From: an uncultured Patescibacteria group bacterium
GTDB lineage: Bacteria; Patescibacteriota; Microgenomatia; UBA10105; UBA927
Direction: 5' to 3'
Assembly (NCBI GenBank): GCA_937921305.1
Contig: CAKZSU010000004.1
Location: forward strand, 22,316-86,315
DNA length: 64,000 bases
Shown here: positions 29,208-39,465 of the stretch, piece after piece
Position numbering within the stretch: the stretch's first letter is position 1
Layout of the letters: each line of letters opens with the position of its first letter
Notes under the pieces: generated by a model
Database searches by the model: none
What the model was told of the DNA's origin: nothing
Seen by the model: only the letters and a program-made list of their open reading frames with translations
Position numbers and translations under genes: made by a program

Positions 29208-30195
29208 TGCCTCGATGTTTTTCTATCAAAGTAATAAGAATTCCACTGTATATCATGAGTTCTGCAAATTCTGACCATACGGCGTATGGATGAAATTCCA
29301 CGATTCTGTTGTAAAAATTGAACAAAAAGCCAAAAAAGAAGTATGGAGCGCTGCTCCATGAGGCAACATATAAGAACAGTGGCAACTTTTTAAAAGAAGT
29401 TCCTGCGATGTGTACTATTGGAGATAGCGTTCCATAGAGCCCAATAACAATGTATCCAAGACCGACCAGACCGGAAAATATTGAGAGATTATGAATAGTG
29501 AATTCTTTTTGTTCATTTCGTTCCAAAAGAAACGATGGAGTTTGAATATGGAGTATTCTTTGTCCCCAAGAAATTTCGTCCATGGCTACAAAAAATAGGA
29601 TAAACGAAATTCCTAAAAATATGCCGGAATGAATCTTCATTATTTTGATGCGATACGCTATAAATATGCTTATAAACGATGAAAGAAGAAGACAAATGAA
29701 TTGAGCATTTTCAAAGAGTTCATCTTCCTTTGAAATGTTATAAAACACATCAAATGGAAAGTATGTTGTCAAATATGCATACCCAAAAATTACAAAAAAG
29801 AGAAAAAAGAGAATGAACGAAAAATATTTTGATAAATGATTATCATGAAGTTGAATCAGACCTATAACGATGCTAAAAATGTTTACAATTGTTAATTGTG
29901 TGTATTGTATTGGAACAAGCGAGAATGCTTGATTTGGTGGTGTGCTATAGTCATATGCGGTAAGGAGAATAGCGCCGATAAGAGATGCCGGGAAGATAAA
30001 AAAGCCGTTTAATAAAGCAAGCGATCGAAGAAGTCTTTTTTTATATTTCCAACGAAGATAGATAAGAAGCATCATTGCAATGATAGCGATAGATCTCGAG
30101 CTAACAAAAATGATGTTTTGAACAGTATTGAACGATTTGTACGCGTCTAATAGGAGAAAACCGAGTGAGCTGAGATAAATAATAGAGAAAAACAT
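29146..30195 (-). CDS. Polytopic membrane protein, unknown function
   Basis: 349 aa with about 10 TM helices. Its 3' end overlaps the dnaJ 3' end convergently by 62 nt. Confidence 0.4.
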   Translation of the reverse strand: MFFSIIYLSSLGFLLLDAYKSFNTVQNIIFVSSRSIAIIAMMLLIYLRWKYKKRLLRSLALLNGFFIFPASLIGAILLTAYDYSTPPNQAFSLVPIQYTQLTIVNIFSIVIGLIQLHDNHLSKYFSFILFFLFFVIFGYAYLTTYFPFDVFYNISKEDELFENAQFICLLLSSFISIFIAYRIKIMKIHSGIFLGISFILFFVAMDEISWGQRILHIQTPSFLLERNEQKEFTIHNLSIFSGLVGLGYIVIGLYGTLSPIVHIAGTSFKKLPLFLYVASWSSAPYFFFGFLFNFYNRIVEFHPYAVWSEFAELMIYSGILITLIEKHRGIKKMIFPLSQTLLKIRAGDE

Positions 30196-30331
30196 ATTGA
30201 ATATTGTTTTTGTTTTGTATCTTCCTGTGGAAAATTTTTATTTTTCTATTTTTCTTTTTAAGTAAGATTGTTATACAGGTTTTGCTTTCTTTTGTATATT
30301 GGGGGTTTTGGTCAACTTTGTTGACGATACG

Positions 30332-30360
30332 TTGACGATACAATGATGAGATCGTATAAT
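30332..30360 (+). promoter_or_regulatory. Consensus sigma70-like promoter upstream of nusA (TTGACG, 17-nt spacer, TATAAT). The -35 lies in a tandem duplicated 11-mer GTTGACGATAC x2.
   Basis: TTGACG at 30332-30337, TATAAT at 30355-30360. The 11-mer direct repeat spans 30320-30341. Confidence 0.5.
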
Positions 30361-30374
30361 TACAGTAGAAAAGG

Positions 30375-31421
30375 ATGAAGGTGGGGAAACCCACCACTTT
30401 TGTTAGTATGCCAGCAATTGTTCGATCAGAATTCGCGTTAGCCCTTCATCAGGTTGCTACAGAACGTGGTATCGATGTCAACGTGGTGCTAGAAACGATT
30501 AAAGCCGCGATATTGGCCGCGTATCGAAAAGATTATGGCGCTGATGAATTGGAGCAGATGACCGTTGAGATTAACTCTGATACCGGAGAAGCGAAAATTC
30601 TTAAACGAGGAGAAGACATTACTCCTCCAGGGTTTGGTCGCATCGCGGCACAAACAGCAAAGCAGGTGATTCTTCAACGTATACGAGAGGCAGAAAAATC
30701 TGCGGTAATCAGCGACTTTCAAGCAAAAGTTGGCTCCATTGTTCCCGGGATGGTGCTTCGGTTTGATGGACCAAGTGTGATTGTTGATATTGGCAAAGCG
30801 CAAGCGGTGATGCCTCCAAGCGAACAAAGTCATGGAGAGCGATATCATCTGAATCAGCGATTAACATTTTATATTGAGGGTATTCGGGAATCGGCAAAAG
30901 GATCGGAAATTATTGTTTCCCGAGCTCATAAAGGATTGGTTGAAGGATTGTTCCGAAGAGAAGTGCCGGAAGTCGCCCAAGGAGCGGTTGGAATTCGTTC
31001 TATTGTAAGAGAGTCGGGATCAAGAACAAAAATCGCGGTGTATTCAAGTCAATCCGGCGTTGATCCGGTTGGATCGTGCGTTGGGCAAAAAGGCGTTCGT
31101 GTGCAAGCGGTGATTAACGAATTAGGGGGAAGTGAAAAAGTCGATATTATCCAGTGGAGTGACGATCCAAAACAGTACATTATTGCCGCGTTGGCTCCAG
31201 CAAAGGATATGCTCGTCATGCTTCACGAAGACATACAGAGCGCGACAGTATATGTGCCTGAAGATCAATTGTCGCTTGCTATTGGAAAAGATGGTCAAAA
31301 TGTTCGCCTTGCAGCGAAACTTACAGATTGGAAAATCGATATTCGGAATAAAGCAGAATTACAACAAGGAAAAAAAGAAGAACATCATGAAACGCCCAGT
31401 GAAGACATGCAAGGGGCATGA
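30375..31421 (+). CDS. nusA: Transcription termination/antitermination factor NusA
   Basis: N-terminal domain, S1 and tandem KH regions (GSCVGQKGVRVQAVINELGG). The start could be the internal Met at about 30408. Confidence 0.85.
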   Translation: MKVGKPTTFVSMPAIVRSEFALALHQVATERGIDVNVVLETIKAAILAAYRKDYGADELEQMTVEINSDTGEAKILKRGEDITPPGFGRIAAQTAKQVILQRIREAEKSAVISDFQAKVGSIVPGMVLRFDGPSVIVDIGKAQAVMPPSEQSHGERYHLNQRLTFYIEGIRESAKGSEIIVSRAHKGLVEGLFRREVPEVAQGAVGIRSIVRESGSRTKIAVYSSQSGVDPVGSCVGQKGVRVQAVINELGGSEKVDIIQWSDDPKQYIIAALAPAKDMLVMLHEDIQSATVYVPEDQLSLAIGKDGQNVRLAAKLTDWKIDIRNKAELQQGKKEEHHETPSEDMQGA

Positions 31422-31456
31422 TATGACGCGTTGTCAAGGGTATTACGCATATTGGT

Positions 31457-32926
31457 ATGAACAACGAAACACACCATTACATTCGTCCTCCTGTTGTTGC
31501 TGTATTAGGTCATGTCGATCATGGCAAAACCTCGCTTCTTGATTATATTCGGAAATCTTCTGTTGCGGCGAAAGAGTATGGCGGAATTACTCAGCATATT
31601 GGCGCGTATCAAGTTGAAACTGTCAGTGATTCTACTTCTGGCATTGAAAAAATAACATTTATTGACACACCCGGTCATGAAGCGTTCGCGAAAATGCGCT
31701 CTCGAGGCGCGAGCGTGGCGGATATCGCGATTCTTGTCGTTGCCGCGGATGATAGCGTGAAACCGCAAACGATTGAATCGATCAAGCAAATTAAGCAAGC
31801 AAACATCCCATGTGTCGTCGCGATTAATAAGATTGATTTAGAAACGGCGAATAGTCAAAAAGTGAAGCAAGACCTGGCGAGGTATGGCGTTCAAGTGGAA
31901 GGATTCGGCGGAGACGTTCCCGTAGTTGAAATGTCTGCGAAGACAGGAAAAGGTGTTTCTGAGCTGTTATCGCTTATAGAATTGTTGTGGGGGATTCGCG
32001 GTGGGGACCCAGTGGTTCTTGACGGATTTGAAGGAAATGTCATAGAAACAAAAGTTGATAAAGGCAAAGGCATGATCGCCACTATTATCGTAAAAAAGGG
32101 GCTTTTGCGATATGGCGTACCGTTATATGAGGACGATCGCTTGGTTGGAAGAGTCCGTTCGCTTCATGATGAATGGGGAAAACAAGTAAAAGACGCCGAT
32201 CCAGGAAAGCCTGTGCAGGTTTCAGGATTTTCCGAACTTCCTACTGTCGGAAGTGTTTTGCGAGATGTCCCGAGTGCGTCAAAGAAAACAATTGTTTCCT
32301 CTGAACAACCAAAACAAACAATTCCAGAATTTTTGAAACCGATTGATGAAGTCCAAAAAAGATTGCCAGTGCTTATCAAAGCGGACACCGCGGGATCGTT
32401 GGAAGCGATTAAAGCCTCTCTTCCAGAGGCAATCGATATTGTGTCAAGTGGACTAGGAGATATCACAGAAGCGGATGTGCTTACAGCAAAAGCGGCAGGG
32501 GCGTTTATTGTGGGGTTTAATGTAAAAATCCTCTCTTCTTCCGTAAAGCTTGCGCAAATAGAAAAGGTAGTGTGTCGAACCTATACGATTATTTATGAAC
32601 TTCTTGATGAATTGGCGGATGTTGTGGCGGGAATGAAGGAAATTACATCAGGAGAGCGAGAAGCGGGAAAGGCAACAATCTTAGCCGAGTTTCCTTTCCG
32701 TGATCAACGCGTTGCTGGGGTGAGAGTTGTTTCAGGAAGATTAGCGAAAGGCGACAAAGTTAAATTCATTCGGAATGATCATGAAATTGGTAGGGCAAAA
32801 ATTCTTTCTATCCGTCAAGGAAAAATTGATGTGAATAAAGTGGAAGAAGGTGACGAGTGTGGCGTGTTGTTTGATATATTGCTTGATTTCCGTATTCAGG
32901 ATGATATAATTGCCGTCGTTACATAG
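31457..32926 (+). CDS. infB: Translation initiation factor IF-2 (short form lacking N-terminal domains)
   Basis: G domain VAVLGHVDHGKTSLLD, DTPGHEAF, NKID, followed by the IF-2 beta-barrel/C2 domains. 489 aa. Confidence 0.9.
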   Translation: MNNETHHYIRPPVVAVLGHVDHGKTSLLDYIRKSSVAAKEYGGITQHIGAYQVETVSDSTSGIEKITFIDTPGHEAFAKMRSRGASVADIAILVVAADDSVKPQTIESIKQIKQANIPCVVAINKIDLETANSQKVKQDLARYGVQVEGFGGDVPVVEMSAKTGKGVSELLSLIELLWGIRGGDPVVLDGFEGNVIETKVDKGKGMIATIIVKKGLLRYGVPLYEDDRLVGRVRSLHDEWGKQVKDADPGKPVQVSGFSELPTVGSVLRDVPSASKKTIVSSEQPKQTIPEFLKPIDEVQKRLPVLIKADTAGSLEAIKASLPEAIDIVSSGLGDITEADVLTAKAAGAFIVGFNVKILSSSVKLAQIEKVVCRTYTIIYELLDELADVVAGMKEITSGEREAGKATILAEFPFRDQRVAGVRVVSGRLAKGDKVKFIRNDHEIGRAKILSIRQGKIDVNKVEEGDECGVLFDILLDFRIQDDIIAVVT

Positions 32927-32953
32927 CCTATATAAAGAATAATAAAGTATGCT

Positions 32954-33895
32954 ATGACATTTCAAGACGATTTTCAACAAACACAACAAATTATTCAACA
33001 AGCAAAAGACATTCTCATCGTGACGCATGAACGACCAAACGCAGACGCCATTGGTTCCTCTCTCGCATTATATCTTGGATTGAAAGGTATCGGAAAAAAT
33101 GTAATCATCGCATGTCCAGACCCAATGATCGTTGAATTTTCTCGGTTTATCGGAGTCAATAAAATCGTCCAAAAGATCGGAAAAAGAAATTTTGTTATCT
33201 CTCTTGATTATGTTGAAGGGTCTATTGAAAAAGTGAGCTACAACATCGAAGGAAATAAATTTAACCTTGTTATTGAACCTCGCGAGGGATTTGATACATT
33301 CTCTGAGGAAAAAGTGAGTTTTCATCACGCGGGGACCCCAGCGGATGTCATTGTCGCCGTAGATACGATTCATCTGGGAGGATTAAAAGATCTTTACGAA
33401 AAAGAAAAAGAATTGTTTGCAAGCAAACCGCTTATTAATATTGATAGACATTCAAATAATATGCGATTTGGAACGATAAATATCGTCCATCCGCAAGCAT
33501 CGTCAACGGCGGAACTTGTGTATGCAATGCTTGACGTGTTGCAAATCAATATTACTCAAGATATCGCGACCAATCTGTTAAACGCGGTGTATGAAGCGAC
33601 GCGATCGTTTACGGTGAACAATCTTTCTCCTGAATCCTTTGAATTGGCCGCCGCGGCTGTTCGCGCCGGTGGGAGGCGGTTTCCCACACAGCAAAAGAAA
33701 GAACAGATAAGCGAGGAACTGCCGAAAGAAGAAACTGCCGTGACAATTCCTCCTGAGTATGGGGGAGTGCCGATGCATTATGTTAGCCATTCGATAGAGC
33801 AGAAGAACGATGATCATCAACAGCAGAATCAACCGCAAGAAGCGCCGGTAGACTGGCTGCGTCCAAAAATTTTTAAGAGCTCCAATCTTGGGTAA
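32954..33895 (+). CDS. nrnA: DHH-family phosphoesterase (NrnA-like oligoribonuclease / pAp phosphatase)
   Basis: ILIVTHERPNADAIGSSLAL matches the DHH motif I region; DHHA1-like C-terminal half. Confidence 0.7.
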   Translation: MTFQDDFQQTQQIIQQAKDILIVTHERPNADAIGSSLALYLGLKGIGKNVIIACPDPMIVEFSRFIGVNKIVQKIGKRNFVISLDYVEGSIEKVSYNIEGNKFNLVIEPREGFDTFSEEKVSFHHAGTPADVIVAVDTIHLGGLKDLYEKEKELFASKPLINIDRHSNNMRFGTINIVHPQASSTAELVYAMLDVLQINITQDIATNLLNAVYEATRSFTVNNLSPESFELAAAAVRAGGRRFPTQQKKEQISEELPKEETAVTIPPEYGGVPMHYVSHSIEQKNDDHQQQNQPQEAPVDWLRPKIFKSSNLG

Positions 33896-33924
33896 TTGTC
33901 AGAACGCGCTAGATCATGTAAAAT
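33896..33924 (+). promoter_or_regulatory. Sigma70-like promoter for rpsO (TTGTCA, 17-nt spacer, TAAAAT)
   Basis: TTGTCA at 33896-33901, TAAAAT at 33919-33924, about 17 nt before the rpsO ATG. Confidence 0.45.
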
Positions 33925-33941
33925 AAGAAACACTTTATATT

Positions 33942-34265
33942 ATGGCAAAAAAAGTAGCAGAGAAGAAGACAAAAAAGCAAAAAAGTGAGGAGCCTCTTCC
34001 AACTCCTAGCCCAGAAAAGCAAGCGATTATTGAAAAATTTGCTGTAAAAGCAGGAGACACGGGAAGTCCTGAGGTGCAAGTGGCACTTCTTACGCAACGA
34101 ATTGAAAAATTGATCGCGCATCTGAAAGCGAACCCGTCTGACAATCACTCGCGCCGAGGATTGTTGGGTATTGTCAGCAAGCGACGACGATTGCTGAACT
34201 ATCTTCAATCAAAAGATGAAGGAAGATATCAAGAGTTAATTCAGAAAATAGGATTGCGGAAATAA
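33942..34265 (+). CDS. rpsO: 30S ribosomal protein uS15 with a Lys-rich N-terminal extension
   Basis: [40 protein letters not shown] matches the S15 core. Confidence 0.85.
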   Translation: MAKKVAEKKTKKQKSEEPLPTPSPEKQAIIEKFAVKAGDTGSPEVQVALLTQRIEKLIAHLKANPSDNHSRRGLLGIVSKRRRLLNYLQSKDEGRYQELIQKIGLRK

Positions 34266-34298
34266 TGTTGAATAAAGGAGGCAAGAATCGAGAGGATG

Positions 34299-34354
34299 CA
34301 TTGAAGTTGGATGTGTGATGATAGTCTTCTATCTTCCATCATCTACCTTCAATG
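34299..34354 (+). promoter_or_regulatory. Extended hairpin in the rpsO-pnp leader (8-bp + 6-bp stems with an asymmetric internal loop) whose 3' arm includes the pnp start codon
   Basis: CATTGAAG (34299-34306) pairs with CTTCAATG (34347-34354, contains the ATG). Inner GATGAT (34317-34322) pairs with ATCATC (34338-34343). Position is analogous to the RNase III-processed autoregulatory pnp leader. Confidence 0.4.
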
Positions 34355-36556
34355 ATTCTCTCCTTCTTGAAACACTTCATGCATACTGTATCCAAATCAA
34401 CAGACGTAGGCGGAAAAACCTTAACCATTGAAGTGGGGAGATTTGCGGAGCAAGCGAGCGCCGCTGTTACCGCTCGATATGGCGACACAATGGTTCTTTC
34501 CACCGTTACCGTTTCTTCGAAGGAATCGTCCCTTGATTATTTTCCATTAAGTGTTGAGTATATCGAACGGTTATATGCAGGAGGAAGAATCAAAGGGTCT
34601 CGATGGGTAAAGCGAGAAGGAAGACCGTCCGACGACGCGATTTTAGCCGGAAGAATTATCGATCGGTCCATTCGTCCACTATTCCCAAAATCGTTCAAGC
34701 GAGATGTGCAAGTGATTGTCACGGTGCTTTCTGTTGACGGAGAGCACGACCCAGACATTTTGGGATTGATTGCGACAAGCGCCGCGCTTGCAATTTCTCC
34801 CATTCCATGGAATGGTCCTATTGGTGGCGTTCGCATGGGGTATATTCAAGGAAAAGATGACGAACCGGATTCGTATCTTATCAACCCGACGATTGCCGAA
34901 CAAGGCTTATCGGAGTTTGATTTTGTTATCGCATCGAATAGAGAAAAAGTTGTTATGCTTGAGGGCGGATTTTGTGAAACGCTTGAATCTATCGTGTTTG
35001 GCGCGATTGCCGCCGCAAAAGAAGAGAATAGAAAGATTATTCAACTTATCGAAGAACTTCGCGAAGAGGTTGGGAAGGAAAAACTTCCTGTGCCTCAGGA
35101 AGCGGCATTGGATGAATTGCTTCAAAAAATTCAAGCAGATTACGCAAAAGACATGGAAGATGTGTTTGCGAGAAACGCGCAAAAAGAATCCGCTGGGGAT
35201 GAAGTTGCTGAACTAGCAAAAACGATTGCAGAAGCCTATGGCAACGTATGGAGCGTAAAAGATGTCGAAACAGCGTTGGACAAGCTTTTTAAGAAGAAGG
35301 TTCGAAAAGACGCAATTGAACACGGAAAGCGCGTCGATGGTCGAGCGATTGATGAAATTCGTCCGATTGAGATAGAAGTTGGCGTTCTTCCAAGAACGCA
35401 TGGAAGTGCCATGTTTAAGCGAGGGCAGACGCAAGCGCTCACCGTCGCAACGCTTGGCGCTCCTTCTCTTGAGCAGTTGATTGAAAGTCCGATGGGAGAA
35501 GAGTCAAAGCGATACATGCATCATTACAGCATGCCTCCGTATTCTGTTGGCGAAACAGGAAAAATTGGAACGCCGTCTCGAAGAGAAATTGGACATGGCG
35601 CACTTGCGGAACGTGCATTGTTAGCGGTTGTTCCATTGCAAGAAGAATTTCCATACACGCTTCGTCTTGTGTCTGAAATTACGTCAAGCAATGGATCGAC
35701 GTCTATGGCGTCAACCTGCGGGTCAACGCTTGCGCTCATGGATGCCGGCGTTCCTATTAAAGAACCTGTCGCCGGAATTTCCATTGGGCTTATGACAGAG
35801 GGAGAACGATATGTGTTGTTGACAGATATTATGGGTATTGAAGATTTTGCTGGCGACATGGATTTTAAGGTCGCCGGGACAAGACATGGCATCACCGCGA
35901 TTCAGCTTGATGTTAAAATCGACGGATTAACCGATGAGATTATTCAGCAAACATTTGAGAGGGCTCGTCAAGCGAGGCTTCACATTTTGGAAAAAATGCT
36001 TGCGGTCATTCCTGAGCCCCGAAAGAATCTCTCTCGATACGCACCAAAAGTTCAAATTATTAAAGTTCCGATTGATCGCATTGGCGATGTCATCGGTTCC
36101 GGTGGAAGAATGATTCGTATGATTCAGGGGTCGACGGGTGTTGTGCTTGATGTTGACGATGAGGGAACGGTAACAATCTCAGGGGCTGATCAAGAGTCAG
36201 TGGAAAAAGCGGTAAAATGGGTTGAAGGATTGACGCGCGATGTTCAGGAAGGAGAAGAATTTGAAGGAGAAGTAAAGCGAATCCTGCCGTTTGGCGCGTT
36301 TGTTGAGATTTTCCCTGGAAAAGAAGGGATGGTGCATGTTTCTCAAATGTCGACTGGGTATGTGAATAATCCTGAGGAAATTGTTAAAGTCGGGCAACGG
36401 GTGAAAGTCCGCGTTGTGAGCGTGGACGAGCAGCATCGGATTAACCTCTCTATGCTTCCTGTGGGGCAAGGAGGAAAATCAGCGCTCTCTGAAAAACGAT
36501 TTAACGGTGGTGTATCGGGAAGACGGCATGCATTCTCCGGACAGAAACGACGATAA
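34352..36556 (+). CDS. pnp: Polyribonucleotide nucleotidyltransferase (PNPase)
   Basis: Two RNase PH domains, KH and S1 domains. 734 aa. Confidence 0.95.
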   Translation: MILSFLKHFMHTVSKSTDVGGKTLTIEVGRFAEQASAAVTARYGDTMVLSTVTVSSKESSLDYFPLSVEYIERLYAGGRIKGSRWVKREGRPSDDAILAGRIIDRSIRPLFPKSFKRDVQVIVTVLSVDGEHDPDILGLIATSAALAISPIPWNGPIGGVRMGYIQGKDDEPDSYLINPTIAEQGLSEFDFVIASNREKVVMLEGGFCETLESIVFGAIAAAKEENRKIIQLIEELREEVGKEKLPVPQEAALDELLQKIQADYAKDMEDVFARNAQKESAGDEVAELAKTIAEAYGNVWSVKDVETALDKLFKKKVRKDAIEHGKRVDGRAIDEIRPIEIEVGVLPRTHGSAMFKRGQTQALTVATLGAPSLEQLIESPMGEESKRYMHHYSMPPYSVGETGKIGTPSRREIGHGALAERALLAVVPLQEEFPYTLRLVSEITSSNGSTSMASTCGSTLALMDAGVPIKEPVAGISIGLMTEGERYVLLTDIMGIEDFAGDMDFKVAGTRHGITAIQLDVKIDGLTDEIIQQTFERARQARLHILEKMLAVIPEPRKNLSRYAPKVQIIKVPIDRIGDVIGSGGRMIRMIQGSTGVVLDVDDEGTVTISGADQESVEKAVKWVEGLTRDVQEGEEFEGEVKRILPFGAFVEIFPGKEGMVHVSQMSTGYVNNPEEIVKVGQRVKVRVVSVDEQHRINLSMLPVGQGGKSALSEKRFNGGVSGRRHAFSGQKRR

Positions 36557-36610
36557 GTTGTTTTTTATTTCTTTTCTACCACATCTCATTCGTGATAGGA
36601 TGAAAGAGCT

Positions 36611-37708
36611 ATGTCTCGATTGTTGGAACAAGTATCTGCTTATAGAGTGAATGTTGAAACCGCGCATCTTCCTCCCGATCTTGAAGTGCGCGTCATGAGT
36701 CAATTAGAGGAAGCGGAGCGACTTGAGCATGACATTACCGCGCGTGTTCACATAGAGCAAATGCTTCGATACATCGATTGGGTTGTTAATCTTCCGTGGA
36801 ATAAACGAACAGAAGATGTTCTGGATTTAGACAAAGCAAAAGTAATTTTTGAAAAACATCATTACGGTCTTCAACCAGTGAAAGATCGGATTCTCGAATA
36901 TCTTGCGGTGTTGAAGTTAAATCTTGATCGGTGGAGATCGATGGAACAAGCAGGATCTCTTCCTACTGACGCAACGACATCGCACGCAATACTTGCTCGC
37001 CGCGCGCCGATTCTCTGCCTTGTTGGTCTTGTCGGCACAGGAAAAACAACATTGGCAAAATCGATTGCCGAAGCCATGGGAAGAAAATTTATCCGTATTC
37101 CGTTTGGCGGGATGAGCGACGCGTTGGAGCTTCGAGGGCAGTCTCGCGTTCTGCCGGACGCTGAAATTGGATTAATCATGAAGGGGCTTCGACAAGCCGG
37201 AAGCAAGAATCCCGTTATTCTTCTTGATGAAATTGATCGCGTCGCGGAGCACGCGAGAGGGGATATTATGGGCGTGTTGGTTGAATTGCTTGATCCAGAG
37301 CAAAATTCTGCATTTACTGATCACTTTGTCGATTATCCGTTTAATTTGTCTGAAGTGTTATTTGTGGCGACAGCCAATAACACCGCTCATATTGCGACCG
37401 CGGTGCTTGATCGACTTGAGCCAATTCAAATGCCGTCATACACCGATGAGGAAAAGATAACCATCGCCAAGCGGTATGTGTTACCGCAACTTATGAAAGA
37501 ATCGGGACTTTCTGAGGAAAATCTTTCGATTGATGACGCGATCTGGCCAAAGCTTGTTCGTCCATTGGGATACGACGCGGGGATTAGGAGTCTTGAACGA
37601 ACGATGAACACATTGTGCAGAAAGGTTGCGAGAAAGATTGTGGAAGGTCAAGGAGCGCATTTTCACATTACCGCTGACAATATCAAAGAGTTTATTGAGA
37701 TATATTAA
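36611..37708 (+). CDS. Lon-like AAA+ ATPase domain protein lacking the Lon N-terminal and protease domains
   Basis: Colinear match to the Lon ATPase module: HYGLQPVKDRILEYLAV, Walker A GLVGTGKTTLAKSIAEAMGRKFIRIPFGGMSDALELRGQSR, Walker B VILLDEIDRV, LDPEQNSAFTDHF, FVATANN. The protein ends after the AAA lid, with no Ser-Lys protease domain. Confidence 0.7.
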   Translation: MSRLLEQVSAYRVNVETAHLPPDLEVRVMSQLEEAERLEHDITARVHIEQMLRYIDWVVNLPWNKRTEDVLDLDKAKVIFEKHHYGLQPVKDRILEYLAVLKLNLDRWRSMEQAGSLPTDATTSHAILARRAPILCLVGLVGTGKTTLAKSIAEAMGRKFIRIPFGGMSDALELRGQSRVLPDAEIGLIMKGLRQAGSKNPVILLDEIDRVAEHARGDIMGVLVELLDPEQNSAFTDHFVDYPFNLSEVLFVATANNTAHIATAVLDRLEPIQMPSYTDEEKITIAKRYVLPQLMKESGLSEENLSIDDAIWPKLVRPLGYDAGIRSLERTMNTLCRKVARKIVEGQGAHFHITADNIKEFIEIY

Positions 37709-37782
37709 GTTCAATGTTTAAAGCAAATATTCAAAAAAAACTATCTTCTTTTTTGCAACACGCTTCTCAGGAGCAACATATC

Positions 37783-39465
37783 ATGTCAACGGGGAAAGAT
37801 AGTGTTCGTCTTTTTCCTCTTGGCGGAGTTGGAAATGTCACGAAAAACATGTTTTGTTATGAGTATCGAATTGATGGAAAACTTCAAGACATTCTTCTTG
37901 TTGACTGTGGAATAGGATTTCCCGATCCGCAGATGTACGGCGTTGATATCGTGATTCCGGATGTCTCGTATCTTCTTGACAAAACACGCTACATACGCGG
38001 ATTAGTGTTTACGCATGGACACGATGATCATATTGGCGCTCTTCCGTATATGTATCTAAAGCTAGGATCGATTCCTATGTATGGAACAAATCTGACCGCG
38101 GCGTTTGCGAATATTAAGCTTCGCGAGCGAAATATTCCTCATCGAGTAAAAGCAGTGTCATTTGATGACACCCTTACTTTGGGAGTTTTCCGCGTGTCAT
38201 TTGTTCTCGTGACGCATTCTGTTCCCGACACGTCAAATCTTATTATTCGAACACCGATCGGCGTCTTTTATCACGGAAGCGATTATAAATTTGATTTTCA
38301 ACCGTTGGATGGCAAATTGTCTGAATTGGACAAAATCAACGCGGTTGGCAAGGAGGGCGTTCTTTGTTTGCTGACCGATTGTCTTGGAAGCGAACGACGA
38401 GGATTCACAATGTCAGAGCAGGTTGTTGGAGAAACATTAGACAAAGAATTGTCGATGTGTCAGGGAAAATTTTTCTTCACCACGCAATCTAGCAATATCT
38501 CTCGGATTCAATTGGCAATCGATTTAGCAATCAAACATCATCGATATGTCACGTTTGTCGGGCGAAGTATTGATCAAAATATTGAAGAAGCAGTAAAGCT
38601 TGGCGTTATGAAATTACGCCATGAATATGTTGTTCGTGATAGAGACGTGAAACGTCTTCCTCCGGAAAAACAATGTTTCATTGTCGCGGGAAGTCAGGCG
38701 CAACCAGACAGCGCGTTGTCTCGAATCGCAAATGACGATCATCCATTGATTGCGGTGGAAGAAGGCGATACGGTAGTATTTTCCGCCGATCCAATTCCTG
38801 GGAACGAATACAATATCGAACAGCTGATCGAACAGTTGTATCGAAAGGGCGCGCGTGTTTCCTATTCGAGCATTATGGAAGATTTGCATGTGTCTGGGCA
38901 TGGCAGTCAGGGAGATCTCATGCTTCTTTTATCCGCATTAGGACCTCGCTATGTTCTTCCCATTGGTGGAAATTATCGGCACATGATGCAGTATCGCCGA
39001 CTTGCGGAAGATGTAGGGTACAGGAAGCGCGATGTGTTAATTCCAGAAGAGGGGCAGGTTATTGAGTTTATTAAAGGAGAATATCCGAAGATTGTTGAAA
39101 CGGTTGATTTAGAGGAAGTTATGGTGGATGGCTTGGGCGTTGGAGATGTAGGAACGGTGGTATTGCGGGATAGGCAACAGATTGCTACGGAAGGCATTGT
39201 TGTGATTATCGTTCCGGTGGAGGCATCGTCGGGGAGAGTTTCGTCTGAACCGGACATCATTTCTCGAGGATTTGTGTACACAAAAGAATCGGGAGAGCTT
39301 ATCCGAAAGATAAGACAAACAGTGAATAAATCGCTGAAGGTCAAACAAGGGAAAATCACGGATTGGCAATTCGTCAAAAAACGAATAAGCGAAGAAGTCG
39401 CCACGCTGATTGAAAAAGAAACAAAGCGATATCCGCTTATTGTTCCTGTTGTTGTTGAAGTATGA
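37783..39465 (+). CDS. rnj: Ribonuclease J (metallo-beta-lactamase/beta-CASP)
   Basis: FTHGHDDHIGALPYM (HxHxDH) and beta-CASP motifs. Start placed at MSTGKD, preceded by AGGAG at 10 nt; the longer ORF start at 37714 is less likely. Confidence 0.85.
   Translation: MSTGKDSVRLFPLGGVGNVTKNMFCYEYRIDGKLQDILLVDCGIGFPDPQMYGVDIVIPDVSYLLDKTRYIRGLVFTHGHDDHIGALPYMYLKLGSIPMYGTNLTAAFANIKLRERNIPHRVKAVSFDDTLTLGVFRVSFVLVTHSVPDTSNLIIRTPIGVFYHGSDYKFDFQPLDGKLSELDKINAVGKEGVLCLLTDCLGSERRGFTMSEQVVGETLDKELSMCQGKFFFTTQSSNISRIQLAIDLAIKHHRYVTFVGRSIDQNIEEAVKLGVMKLRHEYVVRDRDVKRLPPEKQCFIVAGSQAQPDSALSRIANDDHPLIAVEEGDTVVFSADPIPGNEYNIEQLIEQLYRKGARVSYSSIMEDLHVSGHGSQGDLMLLLSALGPRYVLPIGGNYRHMMQYRRLAEDVGYRKRDVLIPEEGQVIEFIKGEYPKIVETVDLEEVMVDGLGVGDVGTVVLRDRQQIATEGIVVIIVPVEASSGRVSSEPDIISRGFVYTKESGELIRKIRQTVNKSLKVKQGKITDWQFVKKRISEEVATLIEKETKRYPLIVPVVVEV

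Noticed and set aside
30320-30341. Tandem 11-mer direct repeat GTTGACGATAC x2
   Set aside because: Only two copies with no spacers, so it is not a CRISPR or satellite. It is best explained as a duplicated -35 region of the nusA promoter.
31132-31542. 136-aa ORF spanning the nusA-infB junction
   Set aside because: It is out of frame with both well-supported genes and is Cys/Arg-rich. It is a spurious overlap.
36871-37206. 111-aa minus-strand ORF antisense to the Lon-like gene
   Set aside because: It lies entirely inside a gene with a strong colinear Lon match and has no start or RBS context. It is spurious.
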